From Candidatus Shapirobacteria bacterium (lineage in GTDB: Bacteria > Patescibacteriota > Microgenomatia > UBA12405): DNA of 64,000 nt. The notes under the pieces are model-generated. The model was not told where the DNA came from and ran no database searches. It was given only the letters and a program-made list of their open reading frames with translations. This document shows, in pieces, positions 1 through 8,538 of this stretch. How positions within the stretch are numbered: the first letter of the stretch is position 1; each line of letters starts with the position of its first letter. Location of the stretch: contig JACPHO010000001.1 of the NCBI GenBank assembly GCA_016188545.1, forward strand, positions 175,336 to 239,335. Reading direction: 5' to 3'. The position numbers and the translations under genes were made by a program.

Positions 1-38
1 TGAAGTACTATAATTCTAGATTACTGATTACAAAACAA

Positions 39-509
39 ATGTCAAAGAAAATATTGTCAGTCTTTGTCCTTGGTCTACTAATTGGTGCTTTCGTTACCTC
101 AGGTCCACCCAATGTCGAGCCAGTCATCGCTGTCCGAAGAACTACCCCAACTCCAACCAGAGTTTCTACCCCTACTCCCTCTCCGGTTCAAAACCAAGTT
201 GGTGGTTTCTACAAAGACCTCACCGGTGCCAACTTGGATAGTGCATTTTTGGCCTACCACGATTTTTCCGGATTTACTTTTACCAATGCATCATTAAGGT
301 ATGTCAATTTACATTCAGCCTATCTGAACAATGCTTCCATGAATGGCGCAGACTTTACCGGAGCAAATCTTACTGGAGTTAATATCACCGGAACCAAGTT
401 AGATGGTGTTAAGTGGTATTCATGTCCACAAGGAGAAGGTCAGTGTGGAACCACCACTTGTCCCGACGGTATCACTTTTCTAAGCACCGATGGTGCTGTT
501 TGTTTCTAA
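39..509 (+). CDS. Secreted/membrane-anchored pentapeptide-repeat protein
   Basis: N-terminal hydrophobic segment, PT-rich linker, A(D/N)LXX repeats (ANLDS, ASLRY, ADFTG, ANLTG), C-terminal TCPDG motif. Confidence 0.8.
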   Translation: MSKKILSVFVLGLLIGAFVTSGPPNVEPVIAVRRTTPTPTRVSTPTPSPVQNQVGGFYKDLTGANLDSAFLAYHDFSGFTFTNASLRYVNLHSAYLNNASMNGADFTGANLTGVNITGTKLDGVKWYSCPQGEGQCGTTTCPDGITFLSTDGAVCF

Positions 510-548
510 AAAGACCGTAATTTGTTTCATCTCCTCCCCTAGGGGTTT

Positions 549-1781
549 TTACTCTTGGTCAAAAGAATAAACAATTTTTGTGAATTGTTTATTAAATTCT
601 CCAACTTCACTTTTTACATCTTCTCCTCTCATTGCCCGGTCCATCAGGGCTGCAATTACAGACATTTCTTGCTCTTTCATTCCCCGATGAGTTAGCTCTT
701 GAGTCCCGATACGAATGAATATGCGACCATCGGCCAATTCGGAACTTTCAAAATTTGTTGAAATATTGTTGTCAACCAACCTTTTGTACAGCTTTAACCT
801 ATCGCCTTTGTCATCAATAAAAACATGAGCTTGGTGGTTTTCTGAATATCGACCGGTATTTGCTCTTCTGACATCATATCCCAATCCTTCAAATGCTTCG
901 GCAATCACATTTGAATTTGAGATTATCTGTTTTGCATAATCCTGGCCAAATTCTTTCATCTCCAAAATTGCCGTAGATAAGGCGATAAGATGAGACACTT
1001 GGTTGGTAGAATACAAACATCCATCGATAACTTTATTTGCTTTTTCTGCCAAGTCTGTGTCTCGAAACGCAATCATTCCTTTGTGTGGTCCAGGTAAAGT
1101 TTTGTGAGTATTGGCACAAATCACATTGGCTCCTTCTTCCAAAGGTGACTGAAATTGTCCACCCATAATTAGACCAATGGTGTGACTGGCATCATAAATT
1201 ATGATGACATCACTCCCTACAGCCTCACGAATTTCTTTTAAGTTATGAGCATTTAAGTAATATGAAACATCAAGATATATAGCCTTGACATTATTTTCTT
1301 TAACTACTTGACCAATTTTATTTGAGTCAAATTTTAAATTCGGAAAATTATAATCTGCAAAAACATGTTTTCTACCAATCCTGTCTAATATTCCCTTGGT
1401 TGCAAAATGTCCCCCATATTCTAGTGGTACTGTCATAACCACATCTCCTGGCTCTGTCGTTGCCAAAATTGTTGACATCATAGCGTGAACGCCAGACAAA
1501 ACATTAAGGTTAATGCCATTTGCATGTAACATTTCTTTGGCTGCGTTATTTGCTAGTTCAACCAATTCTTCGACGCCACTTATTCCCAAAGCGGTAAAAT
1601 GCCCAAAATCTACAATATTGTTTTGATCTCCACCACCCATAAAATATCGTTCATTAATTTTTGAATCCAAAAACATCCTTGTTGTTTTAGACATTTGATT
1701 CTCATTCGCAGTCAAATGAAGAATGCTATTATTTCTGACCTCATTAAGTTTAATTTTGTCTAAAACATTATTTATATTCAT
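549..1781 (-). CDS. PLP-dependent SHMT-fold enzyme, L-threonine transaldolase-like
   Basis: LTANEN, GGHFA, YDASH..GLIMGG, NTHKTLPGP (PLP lysine), RIGTQE. Start moved to ATG 1781 (TATAAT 6 nt upstream; avoids overlap with greA). Confidence 0.8.
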   Translation of the reverse strand: MNINNVLDKIKLNEVRNNSILHLTANENQMSKTTRMFLDSKINERYFMGGGDQNNIVDFGHFTALGISGVEELVELANNAAKEMLHANGINLNVLSGVHAMMSTILATTEPGDVVMTVPLEYGGHFATKGILDRIGRKHVFADYNFPNLKFDSNKIGQVVKENNVKAIYLDVSYYLNAHNLKEIREAVGSDVIIIYDASHTIGLIMGGQFQSPLEEGANVICANTHKTLPGPHKGMIAFRDTDLAEKANKVIDGCLYSTNQVSHLIALSTAILEMKEFGQDYAKQIISNSNVIAEAFEGLGYDVRRANTGRYSENHQAHVFIDDKGDRLKLYKRLVDNNISTNFESSELADGRIFIRIGTQELTHRGMKEQEMSVIAALMDRAMRGEDVKSEVGEFNKQFTKIVYSFDQE

Positions 1782-1860
1782 GTAAGGATTATATCTTACA
1801 GATATTACTTGTGACAGCCTACGCCATAAATCGAAAACGATGGTGTAAAATAGATATCTT

Positions 1861-2319
1861 ATGACACCTATCACCTCGTTGGGTCTTTCCCGACTCCGCG
1901 AACATCTTCAGGAACTAAAAACTGAGCTAGTCCGGACCTTTGATGAGCGTAGTGCTGCTGCTGCCGAAGGGGACTTAAAAGAAAACTCAGCCTACATCTT
2001 TATGACCGAACGTGCTCATGTCCTCCAGTCCCAAATCGACAAAGCCTCCGCCGATATTAAGGATGCCTCGATTATCATTCCCCCAAAAGATACTCACAAA
2101 GTCGCTCTAGGTCACCGGGTCAAAGTCCTTTTTAAAAACGAAAATCGTGAGTTAACCTTAACTTTGGTTGGTAAAAACGACAACGCGCTTAAGCCCGGCT
2201 GGATTTCTGCCGATAGCCCATTAGGCATTGCCATTCTTGGTCGACCCGCCGGTACTTCAGTTATCGTCAACGATCAACCAGTTGCTATTCTGGAGATTAC
2301 GCACGGTGATATCGAATGA
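1861..2319 (+). CDS. greA: GreA/GreB family transcription elongation factor
   Basis: GDLKENSAY motif and C-terminal ISADSPLGIAILG. Confidence 0.85.
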   Translation: MTPITSLGLSRLREHLQELKTELVRTFDERSAAAAEGDLKENSAYIFMTERAHVLQSQIDKASADIKDASIIIPPKDTHKVALGHRVKVLFKNENRELTLTLVGKNDNALKPGWISADSPLGIAILGRPAGTSVIVNDQPVAILEITHGDIE

Positions 2320-2380
2320 CATGTTCCCAGATAAAAAGTGATATATTTCGTCTTTTCTTCGGGTATGATAAATTGTATTT

Positions 2381-3264
2381 ATGAATACAATATCGCCAGT
2401 CGTTTTTGAAAATATTCAAATCCGTCGCGAGTATGATAGCCGAAAAGAAACCTGGTATTTTTCAATTGTTGATATTATATCAGTCTTGATTTCTCAACCT
2501 GACCATAAAAAGGCTCAAAGTTATTGGACAACTTTAAAAAATCGTCTCAAAGACGAAGGTAGTCAGGTCGTCACAAGATGTGACCAACTGAAATTACTAG
2601 CATCTGATGGCAAAAAGTATCTCACCGACGTTGCCGATACAGAAACTCTATTTCGTTTAATCCAATCAATTCCCTCCCCAAAAGCCGAGCCAATCAAGCT
2701 TTGGTTGGCCAAAGTCGGTCATGAACGAGTTCAAGAGATTGCCGACCCCGAGAAATCAATTAATCGTGCCAGATCAATCTGGCAGAAGTCAGGTAGAAGT
2801 CAAAAGTGGATCCAGCAGCGTACGGTTGGTCAAGAAACCCGTAACAAACTAACTGATTATTGGGCCGATCATGAGATAACCAAAGCCCAAGAGTTTGCCA
2901 TTCTCACCAATCTAATTCATCAAGAATGGTCTGGTGTTTCTGTAAAATCTCACAAAAATATTAAGGGTCTAAAACATCAAAATCTTCGCGACCACACCTG
3001 CCTGCCGGCAGGCAGGTGACCGATACCGAGCTATCCACTCGTCAAATCTCCGAAACAATCGAGGCAACTGGTCTAATGGAAAACAAAACTGCTGGACACG
3101 AAGGTGGTCAAATATCAAAAGAAGCCAGACTAAAACTAGAACAAAAAACCGGCAAAAAAATAGTTTCCAACGAGAACTATCTATCTGATGTGTCCACAGC
3201 TTTTTCCAACGCTAAAGATGCAATTAAATATCTTCGCAAATCAACCAAGTCAAAATCAAGATAA
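2381..3264 (+). pseudogene. Bro-N domain (phage antirepressor-like) protein, frameshifted by a 20-bp palindromic insertion
   Basis: WYFSIVDII and RLIQSIPSPKAEPIKLWLA are typical of the family. ORFs 2381-3019 and 3016-3264 fuse in frame (LRDH-MTD) when 2997-3016 is removed. Confidence 0.8.
2997..3016. repeat. 20-bp perfect palindrome CCTGCCTGCCGGCAGGCAGG (copy 1)
   Basis: Identical to 57977-57996; GC-rich in AT-rich context; flanked by A and T in both copies. Confidence 0.95.
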
Positions 3265-3314
3265 TATTAACAGTCAACTCTACCGGTAACTAACATTCTG
3301 GCTTATAATCAGGT

Positions 3315-4289
3315 ATGAAAAATCGTGTCGGTCTTGGAACATTCCCACTAGCAGGTGTATTTAGTCCAATCACTACTGATGATGCTGAAAAGTTAGTCAA
3401 GAAGTTCATCGACTTAGGCGGTTATTACTTTGACACCGCCCCGCTTTATGGCAATGGAGAAATCGAGAAATTGCTCGGTAGAGTATTAAGGTCAGTTCCC
3501 AGAGAAAACTATTACATTGGTACCAAAACAATAAAGCATGTTGACGAAAACGGAAAACTATTTAAGAGCGGAAAATACGATGATGTGGTCAAACAGATTG
3601 ACAACTCACTCTTGCGATTAAATACCGACTATGTGGATCTATTGATGGTTCACCAGCCAGACGAAAGTGTCCCTATCGAAGAGACATTAAAGGCGATGGA
3701 GCACCTTCAAAAAGTTGGTAAAGTCAAAGAATTGGCAGTCTCCAATGTCGATTTAGACGAGCTAAAAGAATACAACCAAACGGGAAAAATAAAATATGTC
3801 CAAAATAGATTTAGTCTAATTAGTCGAAGTTTATCTCCAGAGTTCGAGAAATACTTACTGGATAACCAAATATATTTACTCCCATATCATTTGCTGGAAA
3901 TCGGTTTACTAACAGGAATCGCATTTGAAAAATATAAACTAAGAGAAGGGGACTTGAGAGAGAAGCTGTCATATTGGAGTAATGAAAATCAAAAGGTAAT
4001 TTTCGAATGGGTTAGAAATTCACTGGCTCCTATCTCAAAAAAATTAGGTATAACGATTGGGCAACTCAACCAAGCTTGGGCACTTCACCAGTCATTCATA
4101 GATTACATTGTTGTTGGTACTACCAATCCCGAATATCTTCAAATAAATCTTAATTCAAGTGACATAAAATTAAATAGAGAAACCTTGGCTGAAATCGAAA
4201 CTGTCTACAAAAAACTCGAAGAAAATATAAAACAAAAATACGGTCAGACAATGAGGGAGTTCAGAGGCCTAAATGAAAAGTTTTACTAA
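3315..4289 (+). CDS. Aldo/keto reductase
   Basis: GLGT, FDTAPLYGNG, SLLRLNTDYVDLLMVH, GKVKELAVSN. Confidence 0.92.
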   Translation: MKNRVGLGTFPLAGVFSPITTDDAEKLVKKFIDLGGYYFDTAPLYGNGEIEKLLGRVLRSVPRENYYIGTKTIKHVDENGKLFKSGKYDDVVKQIDNSLLRLNTDYVDLLMVHQPDESVPIEETLKAMEHLQKVGKVKELAVSNVDLDELKEYNQTGKIKYVQNRFSLISRSLSPEFEKYLLDNQIYLLPYHLLEIGLLTGIAFEKYKLREGDLREKLSYWSNENQKVIFEWVRNSLAPISKKLGITIGQLNQAWALHQSFIDYIVVGTTNPEYLQINLNSSDIKLNRETLAEIETVYKKLEENIKQKYGQTMREFRGLNEKFY

Positions 4290-4308
4290 GTAGACTGTCA
4301 CGGGTTCA

Positions 4309-5004
4309 CTATCTCATCACATATCCCGCACAAACATCCAAACATATTCCCGTAATATGAGCTGACTCGTCGGTGGCTAAAAAATAAACTGCATTGGCAA
4401 TGTCTTCCGGTTCTCCCATTCTTTTCAAAAGTGTCGCCTCAACTAGCTGGGCTACCCGCTCAGGGTTGTAATTTTTCATCATATCAGTGTTTGTCGCTCC
4501 AGGAGCAACTGCGTTTACCCTAATCTTTGGTGCTAGCTGCCTAGCCATACTTTTTGTAAACCCAAGTAATGCGGCTTTGGTACCTGCATAAATTGGGTCA
4601 GAACTGCCAACATGGGACACGGTCGAAGAAATATTAATTATCGTCCCTTCAGCCATTTTGTCCAAAACATTCTTGGTGCACAGGTAAACACCAACTTCAT
4701 TCACCATAACTACCTTGTTAATTGTCTCAATATCGTAGTTATTCAGTCCTTTTACGTAGGAAAACATTCCTGCATTGTTAACCAAACAGTCTATTTGTCC
4801 AAAGTCTTTAAATGCTCGATCAAATGACTCAGAAATACTTTTTGAATCAGACATATCCATCTGGTAGTATTTGCAGTTTTCAATTTCCGGACCTGGTTTT
4901 GTTCTATAAAAACCAGCAACCGACCAACCATTACCCGAGAATTTTTTTGCAGTCGCTAGACCAATTCCTCTGGAAGCACCAGTAATGAATACTACTTTTT
5001 TCAT
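4309..5004 (-). CDS. SDR family oxidoreductase (FabG-like)
   Basis: TGASRGIG, NNAG, YAGTK, VNAVAPG; start at ATG 5004. Confidence 0.92.
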   Translation of the reverse strand: MKKVVFITGASRGIGLATAKKFSGNGWSVAGFYRTKPGPEIENCKYYQMDMSDSKSISESFDRAFKDFGQIDCLVNNAGMFSYVKGLNNYDIETINKVVMVNEVGVYLCTKNVLDKMAEGTIINISSTVSHVGSSDPIYAGTKAALLGFTKSMARQLAPKIRVNAVAPGATNTDMMKNYNPERVAQLVEATLLKRMGEPEDIANAVYFLATDESAHITGICLDVCAGYVMR

Positions 5005-5057
5005 ACCTGATTTTATCATTCAACCAATCAACTCAGCCAGTGGCTATTCAATCAAAC

Positions 5058-5090
5058 AAAAAAAATCCCCCCGATTTCTCGAGGGGATTT
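5058..5090 (-). terminator. Intrinsic terminator after the RRM gene
   Basis: AAATCCCC...GGGGATTT stem followed by a T-run on the minus strand. Confidence 0.75.
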
Positions 5091-5108
5091 AAATTTAACT
5101 AAATAAAT

Positions 5109-5468
5109 TTAGTAGTTGTCACCACCGCCGTAGCTTCCGCCACCGCGATTGTTTCCACCACCATATCCACCACTTCTTTGTGGACCACGTGAGTAATTAT
5201 CACGTCGTGGGGGTCGATCTTCCATTGGGCGAGCTTCGTTGACCCGAAGTGTTCGACCTTCGAATTCTTTACCATCCCACATGGAGATAGCAGCATTCAT
5301 TACTTCCTCAGATTCGACTTCTACAAATCCGAAACCCTTGGATTGACCAGAGAATTTATCTTTAATAACAACTACTGAAACGATTGTTCCAGCTTGCGCA
5401 AAAGCTTCGCGCAGACTATCTTCGGTGGTTTGATAAGACAAGCCGCCTACGTACAATTTTTTTACCAT
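5109..5468 (-). CDS. RRM RNA-binding protein with Gly-rich tail
   Basis: RNP2 LYVGGL, RNP1 KGFGFVEV, LRVNEARP. Confidence 0.95.
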   Translation of the reverse strand: MVKKLYVGGLSYQTTEDSLREAFAQAGTIVSVVVIKDKFSGQSKGFGFVEVESEEVMNAAISMWDGKEFEGRTLRVNEARPMEDRPPRRDNYSRGPQRSGGYGGGNNRGGGSYGGGDNY

Positions 5469-5561
5469 TCTGTAAAAAACTATTAATAATGTAGTGGCCT
5501 CTCCCTCAAACTTTACTTCAAAGAATCATCCCTACAAGTAAGCATTATACCTTAATTCCTG

Positions 5562-6125
5562 TTATTCCACTACTTCTTCTTCCAAGACCACTTCATCTCC
5601 CGAATCTACCGGTGCAGTTTTAGCCGCTGGCATCGGTGTTGGGTAAGTCAGCGTAAAGCTATCGGTTATCTGTGTACTACTTTTACTGTCTGTCGAATAC
5701 TCCAAAGTAAACAGTATATTGTCGTCAATAATACCAATGGTGGTCATTCCCCCCTTAACTACTTTTTTACCTGGTTTACCGCTTAATTCACTATCTATAA
5801 TTACTCCATCTTTGAACTTGGCTTCGCCTTTTACCCAGGCACTTACATCTTTATACTTGCTATCTATGGCCATTATTTTTAGTCCATCAGTGGTTGTCAA
5901 GTTGGCATATGAAGTATTGTCATTCGAATCAGTCGTCACTTTAATCGTCCCCGGATAACTAAAAACAAATCCCGCTTCATCTGTCCAAGTTAGGGTATTT
6001 ATTGTTGGAATTGGTGTTTGTTCTGGTACCATTGTCGGTGTTTGCTGTTTTGGTGGTGTTATTTTTGTGCACGCTCCCAACACCATACTCACAAAAACCA
6101 CCATCAGCAATTTGTGTTTTGTCAT
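5562..6125 (-). CDS. Putative lipoprotein (PsbP-like domain)
   Basis: Lipobox-like LGAC, PT linker, GFVFSYP motif. Confidence 0.55.
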   Translation of the reverse strand: MTKHKLLMVVFVSMVLGACTKITPPKQQTPTMVPEQTPIPTINTLTWTDEAGFVFSYPGTIKVTTDSNDNTSYANLTTTDGLKIMAIDSKYKDVSAWVKGEAKFKDGVIIDSELSGKPGKKVVKGGMTTIGIIDDNILFTLEYSTDSKSSTQITDSFTLTYPTPMPAAKTAPVDSGDEVVLEEEVVE

Positions 6126-6148
6126 AAGCTAAGATAACATAAACCATC

Positions 6149-6577
6149 ATGAAAAACTCTTTGTTTTCAGTTTTTATTTTTTACTTTTTATTTTTTACTT
6201 TTGTTTCTTCTGCCAATGCAGCTAAGAAACGAGTCTATGGTTCCACCGCTGTAGTTTCCACCACCTCCAAATCAGTTGTTGTTTCACCCCGTCTTCGCCG
6301 CGATAAAGGTGCCCTCCTTCTAAATGTCAGCGGCCTGTCTACAGTCAAGTCTCTTACCTACGAACTAACTTATACTGGTAGTGGGCAGGATCAGGGTGTT
6401 TTTGGGTCAATTGAACCTTCAACTTCCGGCAATAGTACTTCAAGATCTCTTTACTTTGGTACCTGTTCGCATAACGTTTGCAACCCTCACTCGGGTGTCA
6501 AAAACGCCCGTCTCACTGTCACCATCAAAACTTCCGCCGGTAAAAACATCATCCGCCGTTATCGCATCAAAACTTAA
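6149..6577 (+). CDS. Secreted hypothetical protein
   Basis: Signal peptide (ANA-A), FGTCS..VC..H motif. Confidence 0.65.
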   Translation: MKNSLFSVFIFYFLFFTFVSSANAAKKRVYGSTAVVSTTSKSVVVSPRLRRDKGALLLNVSGLSTVKSLTYELTYTGSGQDQGVFGSIEPSTSGNSTSRSLYFGTCSHNVCNPHSGVKNARLTVTIKTSAGKNIIRRYRIKT

Positions 6578-7100
6578 ATGGATCTAAAAAAAATATATTC
6601 GTGAAGTTCACAATTGGACGATAGAAGGTGTTAATTTCAAGGACATTACTACGATTCTCCAAGATCATACAGTGTTCAAATATACCGTTGATGAGATGGT
6701 AAAACCTTATCGCGATCAAAAGATCGACAAAATTATTGCCATCGATGCCCGCGGATTTCTTCTGGCCACCCCCATGGCATATCTAATGAATGCCAGTGTT
6801 AGTCTCGTTCGCAAAAAAGGTAAGCTACCCTATCTCTCTATCGAAGAGGAGTATCAAAAATAATATAGTCCTGATATTTTAACAATGCACCAAGACGCCA
6901 TCACCCCTGGCGAAAAAGTAGTTGTAGTTGATGACATTTTAGCCACCGGAGGTACTATGAAAGCTTCCATTAAGATGATTGAAAAACTTGGCGGCGAAGT
7001 TGTCGGCTGTAGTTTCATTATTGACCTACCCTTTTTGGGTGGCAGTCAATTACTCAAAAAATACCCCCTCCACTTTCTTGTCTCCTACGATTCGGAATAG
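6578..7100 (+). pseudogene. apt: Adenine phosphoribosyltransferase, disrupted
   Basis: FKDITT, IDARGF, VRKKGKLP, VVVVDDILATGGT present. One extra A in the A8 run at 6586-6593 and an in-frame TAA at 6861-6863. Confidence 0.88.
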
Positions 7101-7131
7101 TTACTCTTTTGTGATACAATCAACACATATG
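7060..7131 (+). repeat. ~72-bp direct repeat, copy A (apt 3' end + TG-TACAAT promoter + ATG)
   Basis: Matches 7455-7525 with 6 substitutions and 1 indel. Confidence 0.92.
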
Positions 7132-7452
7132 ACACTTTCATCCACTTTTTTTGATATGTTTCCCACACCAGAATCCGTAGCTAAACAAACGGACGAAAAT
7201 GCAGATGCACTCAGACAGCAAAGGCTCCAAATAACATCCCTCGCTAGTAGTCGTCAGGTTCGCAAGGCTCGGTCTGCAATTCAGCATATCGCTCAGGCAG
7301 AGCCAGTCAGAGACAACTTTTTCTTTCAACCAGTAGGTAGACTGAAGCCTATTGTCTCGATAGAAGACATTCCGTCAGCCGTCTTAGCCAAAGACACCCT
7401 TACCCGTGTAATAGCCAGTGACGTTTTGTTGACAAGGCGAAGAAAAGCTTAA
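7129..7452 (+). CDS. Hypothetical protein (ORFan)
   Basis: ATG follows the duplicated promoter; 107-aa ORF. Confidence 0.6.
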   Translation: MTLSSTFFDMFPTPESVAKQTDENADALRQQRLQITSLASSRQVRKARSAIQHIAQAEPVRDNFFFQPVGRLKPIVSIEDIPSAVLAKDTLTRVIASDVLLTRRRKA

Positions 7453-7454
7453 TC

Positions 7455-7525
7455 AATACCCCTCCACTTTCTTGTCTCCTACGATTCAGAATAGTCACTA
7501 TCTTGTGCTACAATCCACACATATG
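7455..7525 (+). repeat. ~71-bp direct repeat, copy B
   Basis: Duplicate of 7060-7131. Confidence 0.92.
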
Positions 7526-7813
7526 AACAAATTCACGTTCCAGCCCCAAACTATATTTGTTGACGAAAGCCTTGTCCGCACTCCAGAAACTGCTCTAAAG
7601 ATGGCTACTGCCATAAGAGTTCTTGAGTCCCGACGTAAGCTATTAGATCATGATATTTTTGTCACTGGTGACGGATCGCCAGCCGTCACACCTCTCGATA
7701 AAAGCATGGTAGGTATTCAGTTAAGGTGCGACCTTTTGTTTGCACTAGCACACCAGTCAACTGTCGAATCATCACTAATGTTAAGGGAGACCAAACGTCG
7801 TCTTGACAAATAG
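7523..7813 (+). CDS. Hypothetical protein (ORFan)
   Basis: ATG follows the second promoter copy; 96-aa ORF. Confidence 0.6.
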   Translation: MNKFTFQPQTIFVDESLVRTPETALKMATAIRVLESRRKLLDHDIFVTGDGSPAVTPLDKSMVGIQLRCDLLFALAHQSTVESSLMLRETKRRLDK

Positions 7814-7841
7814 GGTTTTATCTAGATTCTCTTTTTAGTCT

Positions 7842-7861
7842 CTTGACTTCGGGTTTTATTC
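7842..7861 (+). repeat. 20-bp direct repeat CTTGACTTCGGGTTTTATTC (partial copy of the dinB-operon promoter)
   Basis: Identical to 8218-8237. Confidence 0.9.
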
Positions 7862-7891
7862 AAATCATGAAATTTGTGTTATAATATTCAC

Positions 7892-8113
7892 ATGAACGCC
7901 AAGACCATCAATAATCTTGATAGAGGTTTAGCTGCCAGAGATGCAGCCATCGACATCCTGGAAGCCGGAGTTAGTTCGTTATCAGGCGATATGGCTAGAT
8001 TCATCAGAGGTCTAAAAGTTAATACTAACCTTGATGAAAATTTAGCTGCCAGAGATGCAGCCATCGACAGCCTAAGAGCCAGGTGGGATAAATTGAAACC
8101 TAAGCTTCCCTAA
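7892..8113 (+). CDS. Small hypothetical protein with internal duplication (LAARDAAID x2)
   Basis: TG-TATAAT just upstream; identical 29-bp repeat at 7927-7955 and 8041-8069. Confidence 0.65.
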   Translation: MNAKTINNLDRGLAARDAAIDILEAGVSSLSGDMARFIRGLKVNTNLDENLAARDAAIDSLRARWDKLKPKLP

Positions 8114-8218
8114 CCAGACCAACACGTCCTATATTCTTTATCAAAATCGAGTTTAATAAAGTAACCAGTTTGTTCTGTTCCAAATTTATAAATCCCGTTT
8201 CGCATATTTTTTGCTACC

Positions 8219-8247
8219 TTGACTTCGGGTTTTATTCGGGTTAAATT
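8219..8247 (+). promoter_or_regulatory. Sigma70 promoter with overlapping TTCGG-N6-TTCGG direct repeat (candidate LexA/SOS operator)
   Basis: TTGACT-17-TAAATT; TTCGG at 8224 and 8235; upstream of the dinB operon. Confidence 0.65.
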
Positions 8248-8289
8248 TATCTAGTTTGTTTTTACTTTTTATTTTTTACTTTTGAATTT

Positions 8290-8538
8290 ATGCAATTAGA
8301 TGTTCCCGTTTCTGTCATCTCTTCTTTTAACCACCATCTCAAAATAGTTTCTCCCCGCAAAGTTCTCTTTGGTGGTCGGGAATATTACGTCACCAAAATT
8401 GGTCTTCATCACACTCATCGTATTGGTCGCACTCTCTATCATGTCTTTTCGGTTGCCGCCAACCACACTTTCCTTAAGTTGAGTCTCAACACCGATAACC
8501 TCTTTTGGAGTTTGGAAGATATTTCTGATGAAGTTTAA
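8290..8538 (+). CDS. Small conserved-looking protein coupled to dinB (DUF6504-like)
   Basis: P..V.F.GREY.V..I....H pattern; overlaps the dinB start. Confidence 0.6.
   Translation: MQLDVPVSVISSFNHHLKIVSPRKVLFGGREYYVTKIGLHHTHRIGRTLYHVFSVAANHTFLKLSLNTDNLFWSLEDISDEV

Noticed and set aside
1782-1874. Upstream extensions of ORF-track starts (also 50394-50561, 31147-31212, 63502-63600)
   Set aside because: They overlap divergent genes or promoters; downstream ATGs fit the family N-termini and have adjacent -10 or SD signals.
2381-3264. Prophage signalled by Bro-N (and ORF6N at 61560-62444)
   Set aside because: No integrase, terminase or structural genes; both are solitary insertions.
6861-6863. 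Stop-codon recoding or programmed frameshift in apt
   Set aside because: TAA, TAG and TGA all terminate intact genes in the window; two separate lesions fit pseudogenisation or error better.
7060-8237. Classical integron with attC sites
   Set aside because: The repeats are direct duplications of flanking sequence, lack the RYYYAAC/GTTRRRY inverted structure, and no integrase is present.
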